Notes: generated by a model not told the origin, from the sequence alone. Positions 48,000-57,939 are shown, counted from the stretch's first letter. The stretch: DNA of 64,000 nucleotides from Polyangiaceae bacterium (GCA_965222375.1 CBDCTZ010000012.1:448001-512000); one strand, 5' to 3'. Numbers and translations: made by a program.

Positions 48000-48776
48000 A
48001 TGCGGCTAGCTACCTGGAACGTAAACGGGCTTCGCGCCCGCTTGGACTTCTTCTTGACCTGGCTCGAGGACCGCAGGCCCGACGTCGTAGGATTGCAGGA
48101 GCTCAAGCTGACCGAAGAGCAGTTTCCATTTCTCGAACTCCAAGCCAAGGGCTACCAGGCGCAAGTTCTGGGTCAGAAGAGCTGGAATGGAGTGGCCATC
48201 GTGTCCCGTCAACCCGCGGAGGTGGTCCAGCGCGGCCTTCCGGGGCAGGAGGCGAAGGGTGCCCGGCTCATCACAGCGGACGTGGGCGGCGTGCGGTTCT
48301 CGACGGTGTACGTGCCGAATGGCAAGAGCGTGGAGCACGCCGACTATCCGGAAAAGCTCGCCTGGCTCGGTGCCCTGGCCGAGCACGTCGCGACGACCCA
48401 CTCGGAAAAGCAGCCTGGGTTTCTCGGCGGGGACTTCAATGTCGTCCCGGCGGCCATCGACAGTTGGAACGAAGACAAGCTGCGCGGGCACATCTTTCAT
48501 ACCGACGAAGAGCGACAATGCCTGCGCCGCCTCGAGGCTCAAGGCCTGCGAGATCTATTCCGGATAAAATACCCGGACACTCAGGCCTTCTCTTGGTGGG
48601 ACTATCGCGGCGGTGCCTTCCACCGCAAGCAGGGGCTTCGCATCGACCTCATCTACGGCACCGGTGCCCTTGCTGAGCGCGTCCAGGATGTCGTGATTGA
48701 CCGCGACTACCGCAAGAAGAAAGACGGCCTGACCGCATCGGACCACGCACCGGTCTGGGTGGACATCGGACAATGA
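48000..48776 (+). CDS. xth: Exodeoxyribonuclease III
   Basis: ATWNVNG, LQELK, NGVAI, VYVPNG, GDFN, FSWWDYR, GLRID, SDHAPV. Confidence 0.95.
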   Translation: MRLATWNVNGLRARLDFFLTWLEDRRPDVVGLQELKLTEEQFPFLELQAKGYQAQVLGQKSWNGVAIVSRQPAEVVQRGLPGQEAKGARLITADVGGVRFSTVYVPNGKSVEHADYPEKLAWLGALAEHVATTHSEKQPGFLGGDFNVVPAAIDSWNEDKLRGHIFHTDEERQCLRRLEAQGLRDLFRIKYPDTQAFSWWDYRGGAFHRKQGLRIDLIYGTGALAERVQDVVIDRDYRKKKDGLTASDHAPVWVDIGQ

Positions 48777-49792
48777 GCGCGCGAATGCGTCTCGTCGCGG
48801 CAGGCTGGGACCAGGACCTGCAGGCGGAGTCCGAGTGGGCCCGGACTGCGCTGTCGCCAGACATGGTCCGCGTCTCCGTGGAAGCTTGTGGCGTCTGCCA
48901 CCGAGACATCATCGACCGCGATGGCCGATTTCCGTTCATGCGATTGCCCATTACGCCCGGACACGAGGCGGCGGGGCGGGTCGTGGAGTGCGGCACCGAA
49001 GTCAGGGATTTTCGCCCTGGCGACCGAGTGGCAACGATGCACCGGGACTTCTGCGGGAGCTGTTCCGCTTGCAAGTCCGGCAGCCCCTCTCAGTGTGAAG
49101 TCGGTGTGAGCGTGTTTGGCCTGACCATTGACGGCGGCTACGCGACGGAGCTCTGCGCGCCGGCAACGTGTTTCTACCCGCTGCCCGCCGACCTGTCGGG
49201 TTGGGAAGCGGCCACCCTGCATTGCACTTTCGGCACGGCCTATCGCGGGCTAGTGCGCCTTGGAGTAGTGGCGCCTGGGCAGCACGTGCTCGTGACGGGC
49301 GCCAACGGTGGTGTCGGCAGCGCCGCCGTGCAGCTTGCCAAGCGGCTCGGGGCGAAGGTGACGGGAGTCATCCGTGACCACCGGTACGAGGACTACGTCG
49401 AAGGGCTCGGCGCCGACCAGGTGATTGTCGACTCTGACGGACGCTTTCACAAGCAGATGGCCGCTGCCGCAGATGTTGGGCTCGAATGTGTCGGTCCCGC
49501 AACTTTCAACGCGACGTTGCGTTCTGTACGCGCGTTCGGTTGCGTCGTGGTGATCGGCAACGTCAGCGCCGAGCGGCCGGAGCTCAACCTCGGCTATCTG
49601 GTGACCAAGGGATTGCGACTGTTCGGTAGCAGCGGCGCATCCCGTGAGGACATGCAGGAGGTGTTGGCGCTTCATCGTGCGGAGCCCTTCAGTCTGCAGC
49701 TGGAGCGCGTGCCTCTCGTCGAGGCCGACAGCGCTCAACGCCGGCTTCGAGCGGGTGGGGTGCGCGGACGCCTGGTGCTCGATGTCCTCTGA
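48773..49792 (+). CDS. Zinc-binding alcohol dehydrogenase (MDR family)
   Basis: CGVCHRD, GHEAAG, CGSCSAC..C, VLVTGANGGVG. Confidence 0.9.
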   Translation: MSARMRLVAAGWDQDLQAESEWARTALSPDMVRVSVEACGVCHRDIIDRDGRFPFMRLPITPGHEAAGRVVECGTEVRDFRPGDRVATMHRDFCGSCSACKSGSPSQCEVGVSVFGLTIDGGYATELCAPATCFYPLPADLSGWEAATLHCTFGTAYRGLVRLGVVAPGQHVLVTGANGGVGSAAVQLAKRLGAKVTGVIRDHRYEDYVEGLGADQVIVDSDGRFHKQMAAAADVGLECVGPATFNATLRSVRAFGCVVVIGNVSAERPELNLGYLVTKGLRLFGSSGASREDMQEVLALHRAEPFSLQLERVPLVEADSAQRRLRAGGVRGRLVLDVL

Positions 49793-50389
49793 CCACCCAG
49801 GCGTCCGGCGAAGCCTCGCTCTTGCCGCCGTGGCCGTCGGCACTAGCCGTCTTGCCAGTCACTGCGGTGGAAGCCAGACAGCCGCGCCCAGCGCGAACCC
49901 GCGACGACGGGCCCCGCTTCGAGTCTGGCACCGGACGCTGCGCAGACGTTGGACGCCGGGAAGGTCGAAGCTGACGAGGAGGTTCTGGTGGTACCCGCGC
50001 ACTCGGGGCCCGACGCAGAGGCCAGCTCGCCCGCGGAAGCCGGCCTGATTCAGGTAAACGGCATGCTCGTTTTCCTGACGCCGGACCCCGCGCGCGGCGC
50101 CCAAGCTCGCTTGATGCTGTTGAGCGAAGCAGCCACCAAGGCCTCGTGTCGAAATCCTCCTGGGGAGACCAATGACCTGATTGGGACGGTGAGCTGCAGC
50201 TGGAAGGTGGGCGCCAAGTGTGCCAGCGCCCGCCTGCGGGTCATGAACGGCGTACGTCACCGCTTCGGCGCCGCCGTGCAGATCCGAAGCGCACCCAAGC
50301 AAGCCGGCGCCATCGGTCGCGTCGAGATAGTGCCGTCGGCGTCCAATACGGTTGCCCTCGGCAACGTCGACGCTCTGGTTTGCAGCTAG
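49782..50389 (+). pseudogene. Probable lipoprotein gene split by a frameshift near 49895
   Basis: Frame A MSSDHPGVRRSLALAAVAVG...C-GGSQTAAPSA joins frame B EPATTGPASSLAPDAAQTLDAG...ALVCS* if one base is added. Confidence 0.4.
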
Positions 50390-50464
50390 CGCTTCAGTGT
50401 CCCGCGGCCGGCGTGGGAGGGGTGAAGCTGCAAGCCCCGACGCTCACAGAAGTGAAGGTGTGGC

Positions 50465-51865
50465 TCAGCCCAGGAAGACGACAACGTAGATCACGGCCAA
50501 TACGATCTGAACGAGAGCGAAGGGGATCGCCAGACGCACGAAGCGGGCGAAGCCCACGCCCAAGTTGTGTTTGTGCATCACCGTGACTGCCACCACCGTA
50601 GATGCTGACCCAATCGGAGTGATGTTGCCGCCCAGGTTGGCGCCGAACACGACCGACCACCACATCCCGTCCGTAGCGACACGTTCAGACATGCCGCCGA
50701 GGATCTTGGCTAGCACCGCGGCGAGCGGGATGTTGTCGGTGACAGAACTGGCCGCGGCGCTCGAAACCAGCAGCAACCCAGAACCTGCCTTCGGGCCCAG
50801 GCCGATCACGGCTTGGAGTCCCTGACCGATGGCGTGTAATACCCGAGCGTGCTCCATCACGTTGATCACGATGAACAATGAAGCAAAGAACAACAACAGA
50901 TCCCAGTCCAAGGCCTTGTAGAAGCGATCTACGCTGCTCTTGTAGCGCAGCACCATCACCGTCGCGAAGGCGAGCGCCACGTAAGCCATGCCCAGGTCCT
51001 TGACATAGGGAACGATGGACGTAGTCGCCAACGCGAGGATGAATAGAACGAACATGCCAGCGGCGAAGTAGAAGAAGCCCTGGCTCTCGATGCCGTCGCG
51101 CTCGTCGAAGCCGGCCACTTGCTTCGCCGCAGCTTTGCGCTCTTCAGCAGTCTTCAGTCCGTGTATCCCGAAGACCCGTGCGCCCATGACGAGAGTGACC
51201 AGGGTCGCCACGACCACGAAGGGCGCGCTGACCAGGAAGAAGCTCACGAATCCAATGCCCGCGGCATTACCAATGATGATGTTGGGTACGCTTGAAATGA
51301 GAGTGAGGAGACCCCCGATGTTGGTCAACAGGCCTTCGATCATCAAGAAGCCGAGCAGTTTGTCGGATCGGTCGACTTTGTCGAGGCTGACGGCAGAGAG
51401 GGAGCCGACGATCAACATCGCGGTGACGTTGTTCAGCACCGCAGAAAACACCACGGTCATGACGCCGTAGTAGAACAACAGTTTGCGGGGATCCCCGCCG
51501 CTCTGTTTCGTCAGTTTGATGGCGACGTAAGAGAAGAGGCCGCTCTTGCTGGTGACGTCGACGAATAGGCTGGCGCCGAAGATGATGGCAACTACTTCCC
51601 AGTCGATGGCAGGGATGTAGACCGGCACATGCAAGCTCTCCCCGAATACGTTGGTGATGCTACCAAAGGGAAGGATGCCCATGGCCGCGCCCAACAGCAG
51701 CGCCACGATGGCGGTGAGACCGGTGATTACACTTTTCTTGGCGTGGATCTTCTCTTCCAGGGCTAGCGCCAGAACCATCAAGGCGAGTAGCCCAGCGAAC
51801 AGCCAGGTCACGCCTGCGCTGGGGGGAGCGTGCGTCCCCGTGGAGGAGGCGAGCAATGTCATCAT
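50465..51865 (-). CDS. ArsB/NhaD/SLC13 (IT superfamily) ion transporter
   Basis: Many TMs; SAVLNNVTAML, TNIGGLLTLISSVPNIII, SSVTDNIP, GANLGGNITPIGSASTVV. Confidence 0.88.
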   Translation of the reverse strand: MMTLLASSTGTHAPPSAGVTWLFAGLLALMVLALALEEKIHAKKSVITGLTAIVALLLGAAMGILPFGSITNVFGESLHVPVYIPAIDWEVVAIIFGASLFVDVTSKSGLFSYVAIKLTKQSGGDPRKLLFYYGVMTVVFSAVLNNVTAMLIVGSLSAVSLDKVDRSDKLLGFLMIEGLLTNIGGLLTLISSVPNIIIGNAAGIGFVSFFLVSAPFVVVATLVTLVMGARVFGIHGLKTAEERKAAAKQVAGFDERDGIESQGFFYFAAGMFVLFILALATTSIVPYVKDLGMAYVALAFATVMVLRYKSSVDRFYKALDWDLLLFFASLFIVINVMEHARVLHAIGQGLQAVIGLGPKAGSGLLLVSSAAASSVTDNIPLAAVLAKILGGMSERVATDGMWWSVVFGANLGGNITPIGSASTVVAVTVMHKHNLGVGFARFVRLAIPFALVQIVLAVIYVVVFLG

Positions 51866-52716
51866 AGTAGTAGCAGGGGAGTTTCGCGGAGTTCGACGGT
51901 GAGCGGGTAGGCCAAACCGTGCATGGCTAGCTGGTCCTCGTCCTTCGTGTTCATCACCAACAGGTCAATATCGTTCTTCTCGACCAGGGTTTGGCAATCC
52001 ACGATGCGGTGGCCCATGAGCACTGCGCTTTCAATTATCAGATCAGGCCGGGTGTCGCTCAGGGCGTCTTTGCAGGACTGCACGTAGTCGTTGGGCTCCT
52101 TCAGCAGCTGAGTGCGAATGTCGACCTCGGCTTCGTCGGTGTCGATACTGGGGATCTTGCTGATGATCTCCATGTAGCGACTGAAGTCTACGTCGTCTTC
52201 CAAGTGCGCTAGGAACAGAGTGCCCTTGGGCTGGGTTAGACGCGCGCCGAAGCTCACCAAAGTGTCGGAGCCCGTCAGATGGTCGGTCAACACCATCACC
52301 CGGTCGGTGTTCACGCATTGCGATGACATGCGGCCCGCCTCATCTGGCAGCGGCACCAGCAAGACCGGCGTCGAGGTGGCTTGGGTTAGCACGTCCACGT
52401 GTGAGCCCAGGCTGAAGGGGAAGTGTTTCGCCCGGCCTTTCACGTTGCGGTACATGACGATGAGATCAGGTTTGTCTGCCTCGACCCGCTCCAGGGTGTC
52501 TCCGACATTGTCGAAGGCGTCGCCGGGCAGCTCGATGTACTCGACTTCGTCACCGATGGCGCGCAAGAACTCCTTGACGTCGCGGGTGAAGAGCCGAGTT
52601 TCCTCGGCGCTCAGATCCGTGACGACTAGCACGCGCCTCAGGGGCAGGTCTTGCGCCTCGAAGCGCTGCTTGCTTGCAGACTTGAAGACGCTAGCGAATT
52701 CGTCGAGCTTCAGCAT
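51862..52716 (-). CDS. Tandem universal-stress-protein-like (USP) domain protein
   Basis: Two units: RRVLVVTDLS..PDLIVMYRN..SLGSHVDVLTQATSTPVLLVP and RVMVLTDHL..IDLLVMNT..TPLLLL; ATGA overlap with the transporter. Confidence 0.7.
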   Translation of the reverse strand: MLKLDEFASVFKSASKQRFEAQDLPLRRVLVVTDLSAEETRLFTRDVKEFLRAIGDEVEYIELPGDAFDNVGDTLERVEADKPDLIVMYRNVKGRAKHFPFSLGSHVDVLTQATSTPVLLVPLPDEAGRMSSQCVNTDRVMVLTDHLTGSDTLVSFGARLTQPKGTLFLAHLEDDVDFSRYMEIISKIPSIDTDEAEVDIRTQLLKEPNDYVQSCKDALSDTRPDLIIESAVLMGHRIVDCQTLVEKNDIDLLVMNTKDEDQLAMHGLAYPLTVELRETPLLLL

Positions 52717-52877
52717 GGTCGGGGGATCTAAAAGGGAACGCGGAAAATGCGCAACCGACTCGGGCGTGGGCCTGGAGCGCCGGGCTGTTCCGCAACTATT
52801 GCGACCGCCGGGCGCGCGACGCCCGGGCGGGCCCGCTGCAGCTTGCGCTCGAGACCCCCGTCGAGGATGCTGCAGGG

Positions 52878-54605
52878 GTGAGCTTTGCACTGAAAAAGGG
52901 TGGTATCGAGCCGCGCCCAGGGCCGCTGCTCACGGTGGTGATGGACGGCGTGGGCGTTGGGGTCAGGAACGAGGGGGACGCGGTACACCTGGCCCGAACT
53001 CCCGTGCTCGATGGTCTATACACTTCGTGCCAACACATGACTCTGGCCGCCCACGGAACTGCGGTGGGCATGCCCTCCGACGGCGACATGGGAAACAGCG
53101 AGGTGGGGCACAACGCCTTGGGCTGCGGGCGGATCTTCGATCAAGGCGCCAAGCTGGTGGACGCTGCCATTGCCAGCGGGTCCCTATTCTCCGGGGCAGT
53201 GTGGCAAGAGGCCGTAGCCCGCAGCGTGGCCGGTGGGGCGCTGCATCTCATTGGCCTGCTCAGCGATGGCAACGTGCATAGCCACATCGATCAGCTCTTT
53301 GCGCTGATTCGTCGCGCCCAAGAGTCGGGCGTCAAGACGCTATACGTGCACGTTTTGTTGGACGGCCGGGATGTGGAGGAGACCAGCGCCCTCGAGTATC
53401 TGTCTCCGCTCGAAGAGCTCCTCGGGAGCTTCGACGGCAAGGACGGCCGGCGCTACCGGATCGCTTCCGGAGGTGGCCGCATGTTGGTCACCATGGACCG
53501 CTACGAAGCCGATTGGGCTATCGTCGAGCGAGGCTGGCGCGCCCACGTGCTCGGGGACGCCCGCGGTTTTTCCTCCGCCCGGGCGGCAGTGGAAGCTTTC
53601 CGCAGCGAGGATGCGGGTGTCATCGATCAATTCTTGCCTGCCTTCGTGGTGCAAGAAGCTGGCAAAGCCGTCGGCCCTGTCGTCTGCGGTGACAGCGTCA
53701 TCTTTTTCAACTTTCGGGGGGACCGAGCCATCGAGATCAGCCAGGCCTTCGAGCTGGAGGATTTCCCACACTTCGATCGGGAGCGCAGGCCAGACGTGCT
53801 CTACGCAGGCATGATGGAGTACGATGGCGACCTGCATGTGCCAGGCAAGTACCTGGTTGAACCGCCCGCCATCGATCGCACCCTGGGTCAGTACCTAGCC
53901 CACAACGGCGTGACCCAGTTAGCCATCGCCGAGACGCAGAAGTACGGTCACGTCACCTACTTCTGGAACGGCAACTGCACTGGGCTCTACGATCCTTCCA
54001 AGCAGCGGTACTCGGAAGTCGCACCTGACGAGTGGGAGACGGCGAACTTTACGGCGCGACGCCGTCGGTCGGAGCTCGAGACCTTTCTGGAAGTCCGGAG
54101 CGACACGGTGCCCTTCGAACAACGGCCCTGGATGAAGGCCGGCGAGGTGACCGACGCGCTCATCGCCGAAATGCGCAGCGGCAGGCATCGCTTCCTGCGA
54201 GTCAACTACGCGAACGGTGACATGGTGGGGCATACGGGAGACCTCGAAGCGGCCTGCATCGCGGTGTCGGCGGTGGACCTGAGTTTGGGGCGACTGCTTC
54301 GAACCGTGGCGCAGCTCGACGGCCTGGCGCTCATCACTGCGGACCACGGTAACGCGGATGAAATGTACATGCTCGACAAGAAGGGCGGCTTCAAGCGGGA
54401 TGCCGGCGGCCGAATTCAGCCCAAGACCAGCCACACACTCAACGCGGTGCCCTGCGTGCTCTTCGACCCCCGGGAGAACTCGGCTCTGCGCCTACGCGCG
54501 GATCTCGAGCGGCCAGGCTTGTCCAACATCGCGGCGACGGTGCTTCAACTGCTCGGTTTCGCGGTGCCCGAGGGCTATCAGCCATCGCTGCTCGCCAGCC
54601 CGTGA
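52878..54605 (+). CDS. gpmI: 2,3-bisphosphoglycerate-independent phosphoglycerate mutase
   Basis: VMDGVG, MGNSEVGH, LSDGNVHSH, GGGRM..TMDRY, NFRGDRA, ETQKYGHVTYF, NGDMVGHTG, TADHGN, TSHT. Confidence 0.96.
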   Translation: MSFALKKGGIEPRPGPLLTVVMDGVGVGVRNEGDAVHLARTPVLDGLYTSCQHMTLAAHGTAVGMPSDGDMGNSEVGHNALGCGRIFDQGAKLVDAAIASGSLFSGAVWQEAVARSVAGGALHLIGLLSDGNVHSHIDQLFALIRRAQESGVKTLYVHVLLDGRDVEETSALEYLSPLEELLGSFDGKDGRRYRIASGGGRMLVTMDRYEADWAIVERGWRAHVLGDARGFSSARAAVEAFRSEDAGVIDQFLPAFVVQEAGKAVGPVVCGDSVIFFNFRGDRAIEISQAFELEDFPHFDRERRPDVLYAGMMEYDGDLHVPGKYLVEPPAIDRTLGQYLAHNGVTQLAIAETQKYGHVTYFWNGNCTGLYDPSKQRYSEVAPDEWETANFTARRRRSELETFLEVRSDTVPFEQRPWMKAGEVTDALIAEMRSGRHRFLRVNYANGDMVGHTGDLEAACIAVSAVDLSLGRLLRTVAQLDGLALITADHGNADEMYMLDKKGGFKRDAGGRIQPKTSHTLNAVPCVLFDPRENSALRLRADLERPGLSNIAATVLQLLGFAVPEGYQPSLLASP

Positions 54606-54703
54606 GCTCTCCACGGTGGATGGCTCGGGTCATGGACGTTGGCCCTCCCAGCCCTCGGCTACAGGATTGACCCTCGCCCACTGCGCGGCCACCCTTGGCC
54701 GCG

Positions 54704-55777
54704 ATGAGTGAGCACATTGACTCCGCTGGGGGCGTGCGGTCGGGCGAAGAGTTCGATCTGGAACCGCTCTGCGCCTACGTGCGTGCGAACTTGAACGAGG
54801 TTCCCGACAATGCCGAGGTCATCGTAGAGCAGTTTCATCGGGGCCACTCGAACTTGACCTACCTGGTGCGCGCCGCCGGTCACGAATACGTGCTGAGGCG
54901 GCCCCCCTTCGGCAGCAAGGTCAAGAGCGCCCACGACATGGGCCGAGAGCATCGCGTACTGAGCAAGCTGCACAAGGTCTATCCGCTGGCGCCCGAGCCG
55001 CTACTTTTCTGCGACGACGCGTCAGTGCTGGGCGCGGATTTCTACGTCATGCGTCGGCTGCGAGGCATCATTCTGCGAAAGGACCTGCCGCCAGGCATGA
55101 CCCTCTCGCCCGCGCAGGTCGGTGCACTTCATCGCAACCTGGTGCTGGAGCTAGTGAAGCTGCACGCCTTGGACTACAAGGCGATCGGTTTGGGGGATCT
55201 GGGAAGGCCCGAGGGCTACGTCGAGCGCCAAGTGAAGGGTTGGACCAAGCGCTATGACGGCGCGAAAACTGACGAAGTTGGCAGCATTCCTCGCTTGGCT
55301 CAGTGGCTTGCAGAGCACCAACCCGCTTCCGGTGCGCCGGCTCTCATTCACAACGACTACAAGCTGGACAACGTCGTGCTGGACCCGTCGGATCCGACGC
55401 GTATCGTGGGCGTATTGGATTGGGAAATGAGCACCGTCGGCGACCCGCTGATGGATCTAGGCACGAGCCTGAGCTACTGGATCGAAGCCACCGACAACGA
55501 CGCCTTCCAGCTCACCCGCTGGGGGCCGACCAGCCTGCCTGGGAGTTTGACGCGCGCTCAGATCGTCGACTTGTATGCGGAGCACAGCGGGCGCAGTGTC
55601 GAGGATGCCGTCTTCTACTACGCCTTTGGCCTGTTCAAGACCGCCGTCGTTCTCCAACAAATCTACTACCGCTACAAGCAGGGCCTGACCAAGGATGAGC
55701 GCTTCGCGCCATTGATACATGGGGTGCGGGTGCTTGCGGATCGCGGAGTCGAAGCCGTCGAACTCGGCCACGTTTGA
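54704..55777 (+). CDS. APH/choline-kinase-like phosphotransferase (ACAD10/11, LvaA-like)
   Basis: GHSNLTY, VLRRPP, AHDMGRE, HNDYKLDN, VLDWEMSTVGDPLMDLG, LQQIYYRY. Confidence 0.9.
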   Translation: MSEHIDSAGGVRSGEEFDLEPLCAYVRANLNEVPDNAEVIVEQFHRGHSNLTYLVRAAGHEYVLRRPPFGSKVKSAHDMGREHRVLSKLHKVYPLAPEPLLFCDDASVLGADFYVMRRLRGIILRKDLPPGMTLSPAQVGALHRNLVLELVKLHALDYKAIGLGDLGRPEGYVERQVKGWTKRYDGAKTDEVGSIPRLAQWLAEHQPASGAPALIHNDYKLDNVVLDPSDPTRIVGVLDWEMSTVGDPLMDLGTSLSYWIEATDNDAFQLTRWGPTSLPGSLTRAQIVDLYAEHSGRSVEDAVFYYAFGLFKTAVVLQQIYYRYKQGLTKDERFAPLIHGVRVLADRGVEAVELGHV

Positions 55778-55784
55778 GGGCAGG

Positions 55785-56765
55785 GTGGCGCGCGGCACTC
55801 AGCTCGACCTCTTCAGCCCGACGCCCGAGGAGCCCGGGCCGGTGGAGCCGGAGCAGCTCGCACGGGACGAGCGGTTGATGGCACAGGTCCCGGAGCACGT
55901 GCACTTCGGGACCTCGAGTTGGAGCTTTCCGGGATGGGCTGGCATCGTCTACGCGGGCGAGCCGACGGAAAAGGATCTCGCAGACCGCGGGCTCGAAGAG
56001 TACACGCGTCACCCCTTGTTTTCTGCGGTGGGCATCGATCGCAGCTACTACGCGCCGCTCGCTGCTGAAACCGTCCAGCGCTACGCGGCCCAGTTGCCCC
56101 CACGCTTCCCGTGCGTGCTCAAGGCCTTCAGTGAGATCACCAGCCGGGTGCACCCTCGCACCCGAGATCCAAATCCCCATTTCTTCGATCTTGACGCCTG
56201 CAAGCGCGATGTCGTCGAACCACTGATCGAAAACTTCCAAACCCACATCGGCGCCCTCGTCTTCGAGCTGATGCCAATACGGGACCGGGAGTTGCCCAAA
56301 CCTCAGGTGTTCGAAGACGAGTTGTTTCAGTTCCTGTCCGGCCTGCCAAAGGGGCTGCCCTATGCCGTGGAGCTGCGCAATCGAGAGCTCTTCACGCACC
56401 GTTACCTGGAGGTGCTCAACGAAGTTGGGGCCGGGCACGTGCTCAACTACTGGGAGCGCATGCCTAGCATTGGGCGCCAGCTGGAGGTGCCCAATGTGCT
56501 GTCGGCTCCCTTCGTTGTTTCCCGCCTTCTGATCCCTCCCGGGCAGCGCTACGCTGATACGAAACGCAAGTTCGCGCCCTTTAACCGCATTGTCGAAGCT
56601 CAACCCGCGATGCGCGCCGACATCGTCAAACTCACTGAGGCCTGCGCGCTGCTTGGAAAGACGCTCCTGGTGATCGTGAACAACAAGGCAGAAGGCTCGA
56701 GTCCGCTGACCGTCCGAGCGCTCGCCGAGGCCATCGTGGAATCCGCCCAGGAAGAGCCGGCCTGA
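55785..56765 (+). CDS. DUF72 (YecE-like TIM barrel) protein with N-terminal QLDLF
   Basis: FGTSSWSFPGW, GIDRSYY, YAVELRN, IVNNKAEG. Confidence 0.88.
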   Translation: MARGTQLDLFSPTPEEPGPVEPEQLARDERLMAQVPEHVHFGTSSWSFPGWAGIVYAGEPTEKDLADRGLEEYTRHPLFSAVGIDRSYYAPLAAETVQRYAAQLPPRFPCVLKAFSEITSRVHPRTRDPNPHFFDLDACKRDVVEPLIENFQTHIGALVFELMPIRDRELPKPQVFEDELFQFLSGLPKGLPYAVELRNRELFTHRYLEVLNEVGAGHVLNYWERMPSIGRQLEVPNVLSAPFVVSRLLIPPGQRYADTKRKFAPFNRIVEAQPAMRADIVKLTEACALLGKTLLVIVNNKAEGSSPLTVRALAEAIVESAQEEPA

Positions 56766-56769
56766 GGCC

Positions 56770-57813
56770 ATGGTGAAAAAGGAGATTGTCATTCCGGAGC
56801 CGGATCCCGCACGCCTTCGGGCTGCGACCGCCCTGGCAGATCGCGCGTCCTTGCCCGCCGCACGGGACAACATCCTGTTCGGAACTGCCGGTTGGACGGA
56901 TCCGACCCTGGTCAAGAGTCGGAGCTTCTATCCGAAGGTGTCCCAGAGCGCAGAAGAGCGCCTGCGTTTTTACGCAGAGCACTTTTCCCTCGTGGAAGTG
57001 GATGCGACCTACTACTCGCTGCTGCCGCCGGAGACGGCAGCGCGTTGGGTCGAGTGGACGCCGAGCGAGTTCGTGTTCGACGTCAAGGCCCATCCCATCG
57101 TCACCGGCCATCCCATAGATGTCTCCCGCATGCCCGGGGACCTGCGCGATGCGCTGAACCGAGCCGGGCATGAGCGCCGCGTGTACCCCGACAAGCTGCC
57201 CCAAGAGCTGCATGCAGAAATCGAGAGGCGCTTCTACGCGCTCCTGGATCCCCTTGCCAGAAGCGGAAAGCTGGGTTGCGTGCTCGCTCAATTCCCTCCC
57301 TGGTTCACGGCGACGCGGGGCAACGCGCGAAAGGTCGCGTCGCTTTCCCAGCGCCACCCGGATGTGCCCTTCGCTGTCGAGTTTCGTCACAAGAGTTGGC
57401 TCGAAGCAGAGCGTCGGAAGCGCGTCAACGCGCTGCTGAGGGAGAGCGGGCTTGCCTACGTTTGCGTCGACGAGCCAGACACCCAAACCGGCGGAGTCCC
57501 GCCGGTGGTCTGGGCCACCCACCCAGATCTGGCGTTCGTGCGTTTCCACGGCCACAACCGACGCGGCTGGGACAAGAAAGGCACGTCGGTGCACGAGCGC
57601 TTCGACTACCTGTACACACCCCAAGAACTCCAAAACTGGGTGAAGCCTGTGCACAAGCTGTCGCGAGATTCGAAGCGCGTCCACGCGGTATTCAACAACT
57701 GCGTTCGCAACTACGCTGTGCTCGGCGCCAAAGGGCTTAGCGTGCTGCTCACGGAATCCGAAGTCGCCGAGACGGACGGCGTTCTTCCAGGGGTCGATTC
57801 GACGCCGTCGTGA
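56770..57813 (+). CDS. DUF72 (YecE-like TIM barrel) protein
   Basis: FGTAGW, VEVDATYY, FDVKA, QFPPWF, AVEFRHKSW, VRFHGHN, RFDYLY, FNN. Confidence 0.92.
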   Translation: MVKKEIVIPEPDPARLRAATALADRASLPAARDNILFGTAGWTDPTLVKSRSFYPKVSQSAEERLRFYAEHFSLVEVDATYYSLLPPETAARWVEWTPSEFVFDVKAHPIVTGHPIDVSRMPGDLRDALNRAGHERRVYPDKLPQELHAEIERRFYALLDPLARSGKLGCVLAQFPPWFTATRGNARKVASLSQRHPDVPFAVEFRHKSWLEAERRKRVNALLRESGLAYVCVDEPDTQTGGVPPVVWATHPDLAFVRFHGHNRRGWDKKGTSVHERFDYLYTPQELQNWVKPVHKLSRDSKRVHAVFNNCVRNYAVLGAKGLSVLLTESEVAETDGVLPGVDSTPS

Positions 57814-57939
57814 TTCCATCCTCCAGGTTGTTGGTTTGGGGTCGATGCGCTTCGCGACACTCGAGGCGTGAGTCCCGGTGCGGCCTGGTGCCCCTAAGCC
57901 CGAGCCTGCACTCTCGATGCATCCCCCCCGCCCAGGGCG

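Noticed and set aside
55635..57819. Long minus-strand ORFs (426 and 395 aa)
   Set aside because: Antisense to the two DUF72 genes
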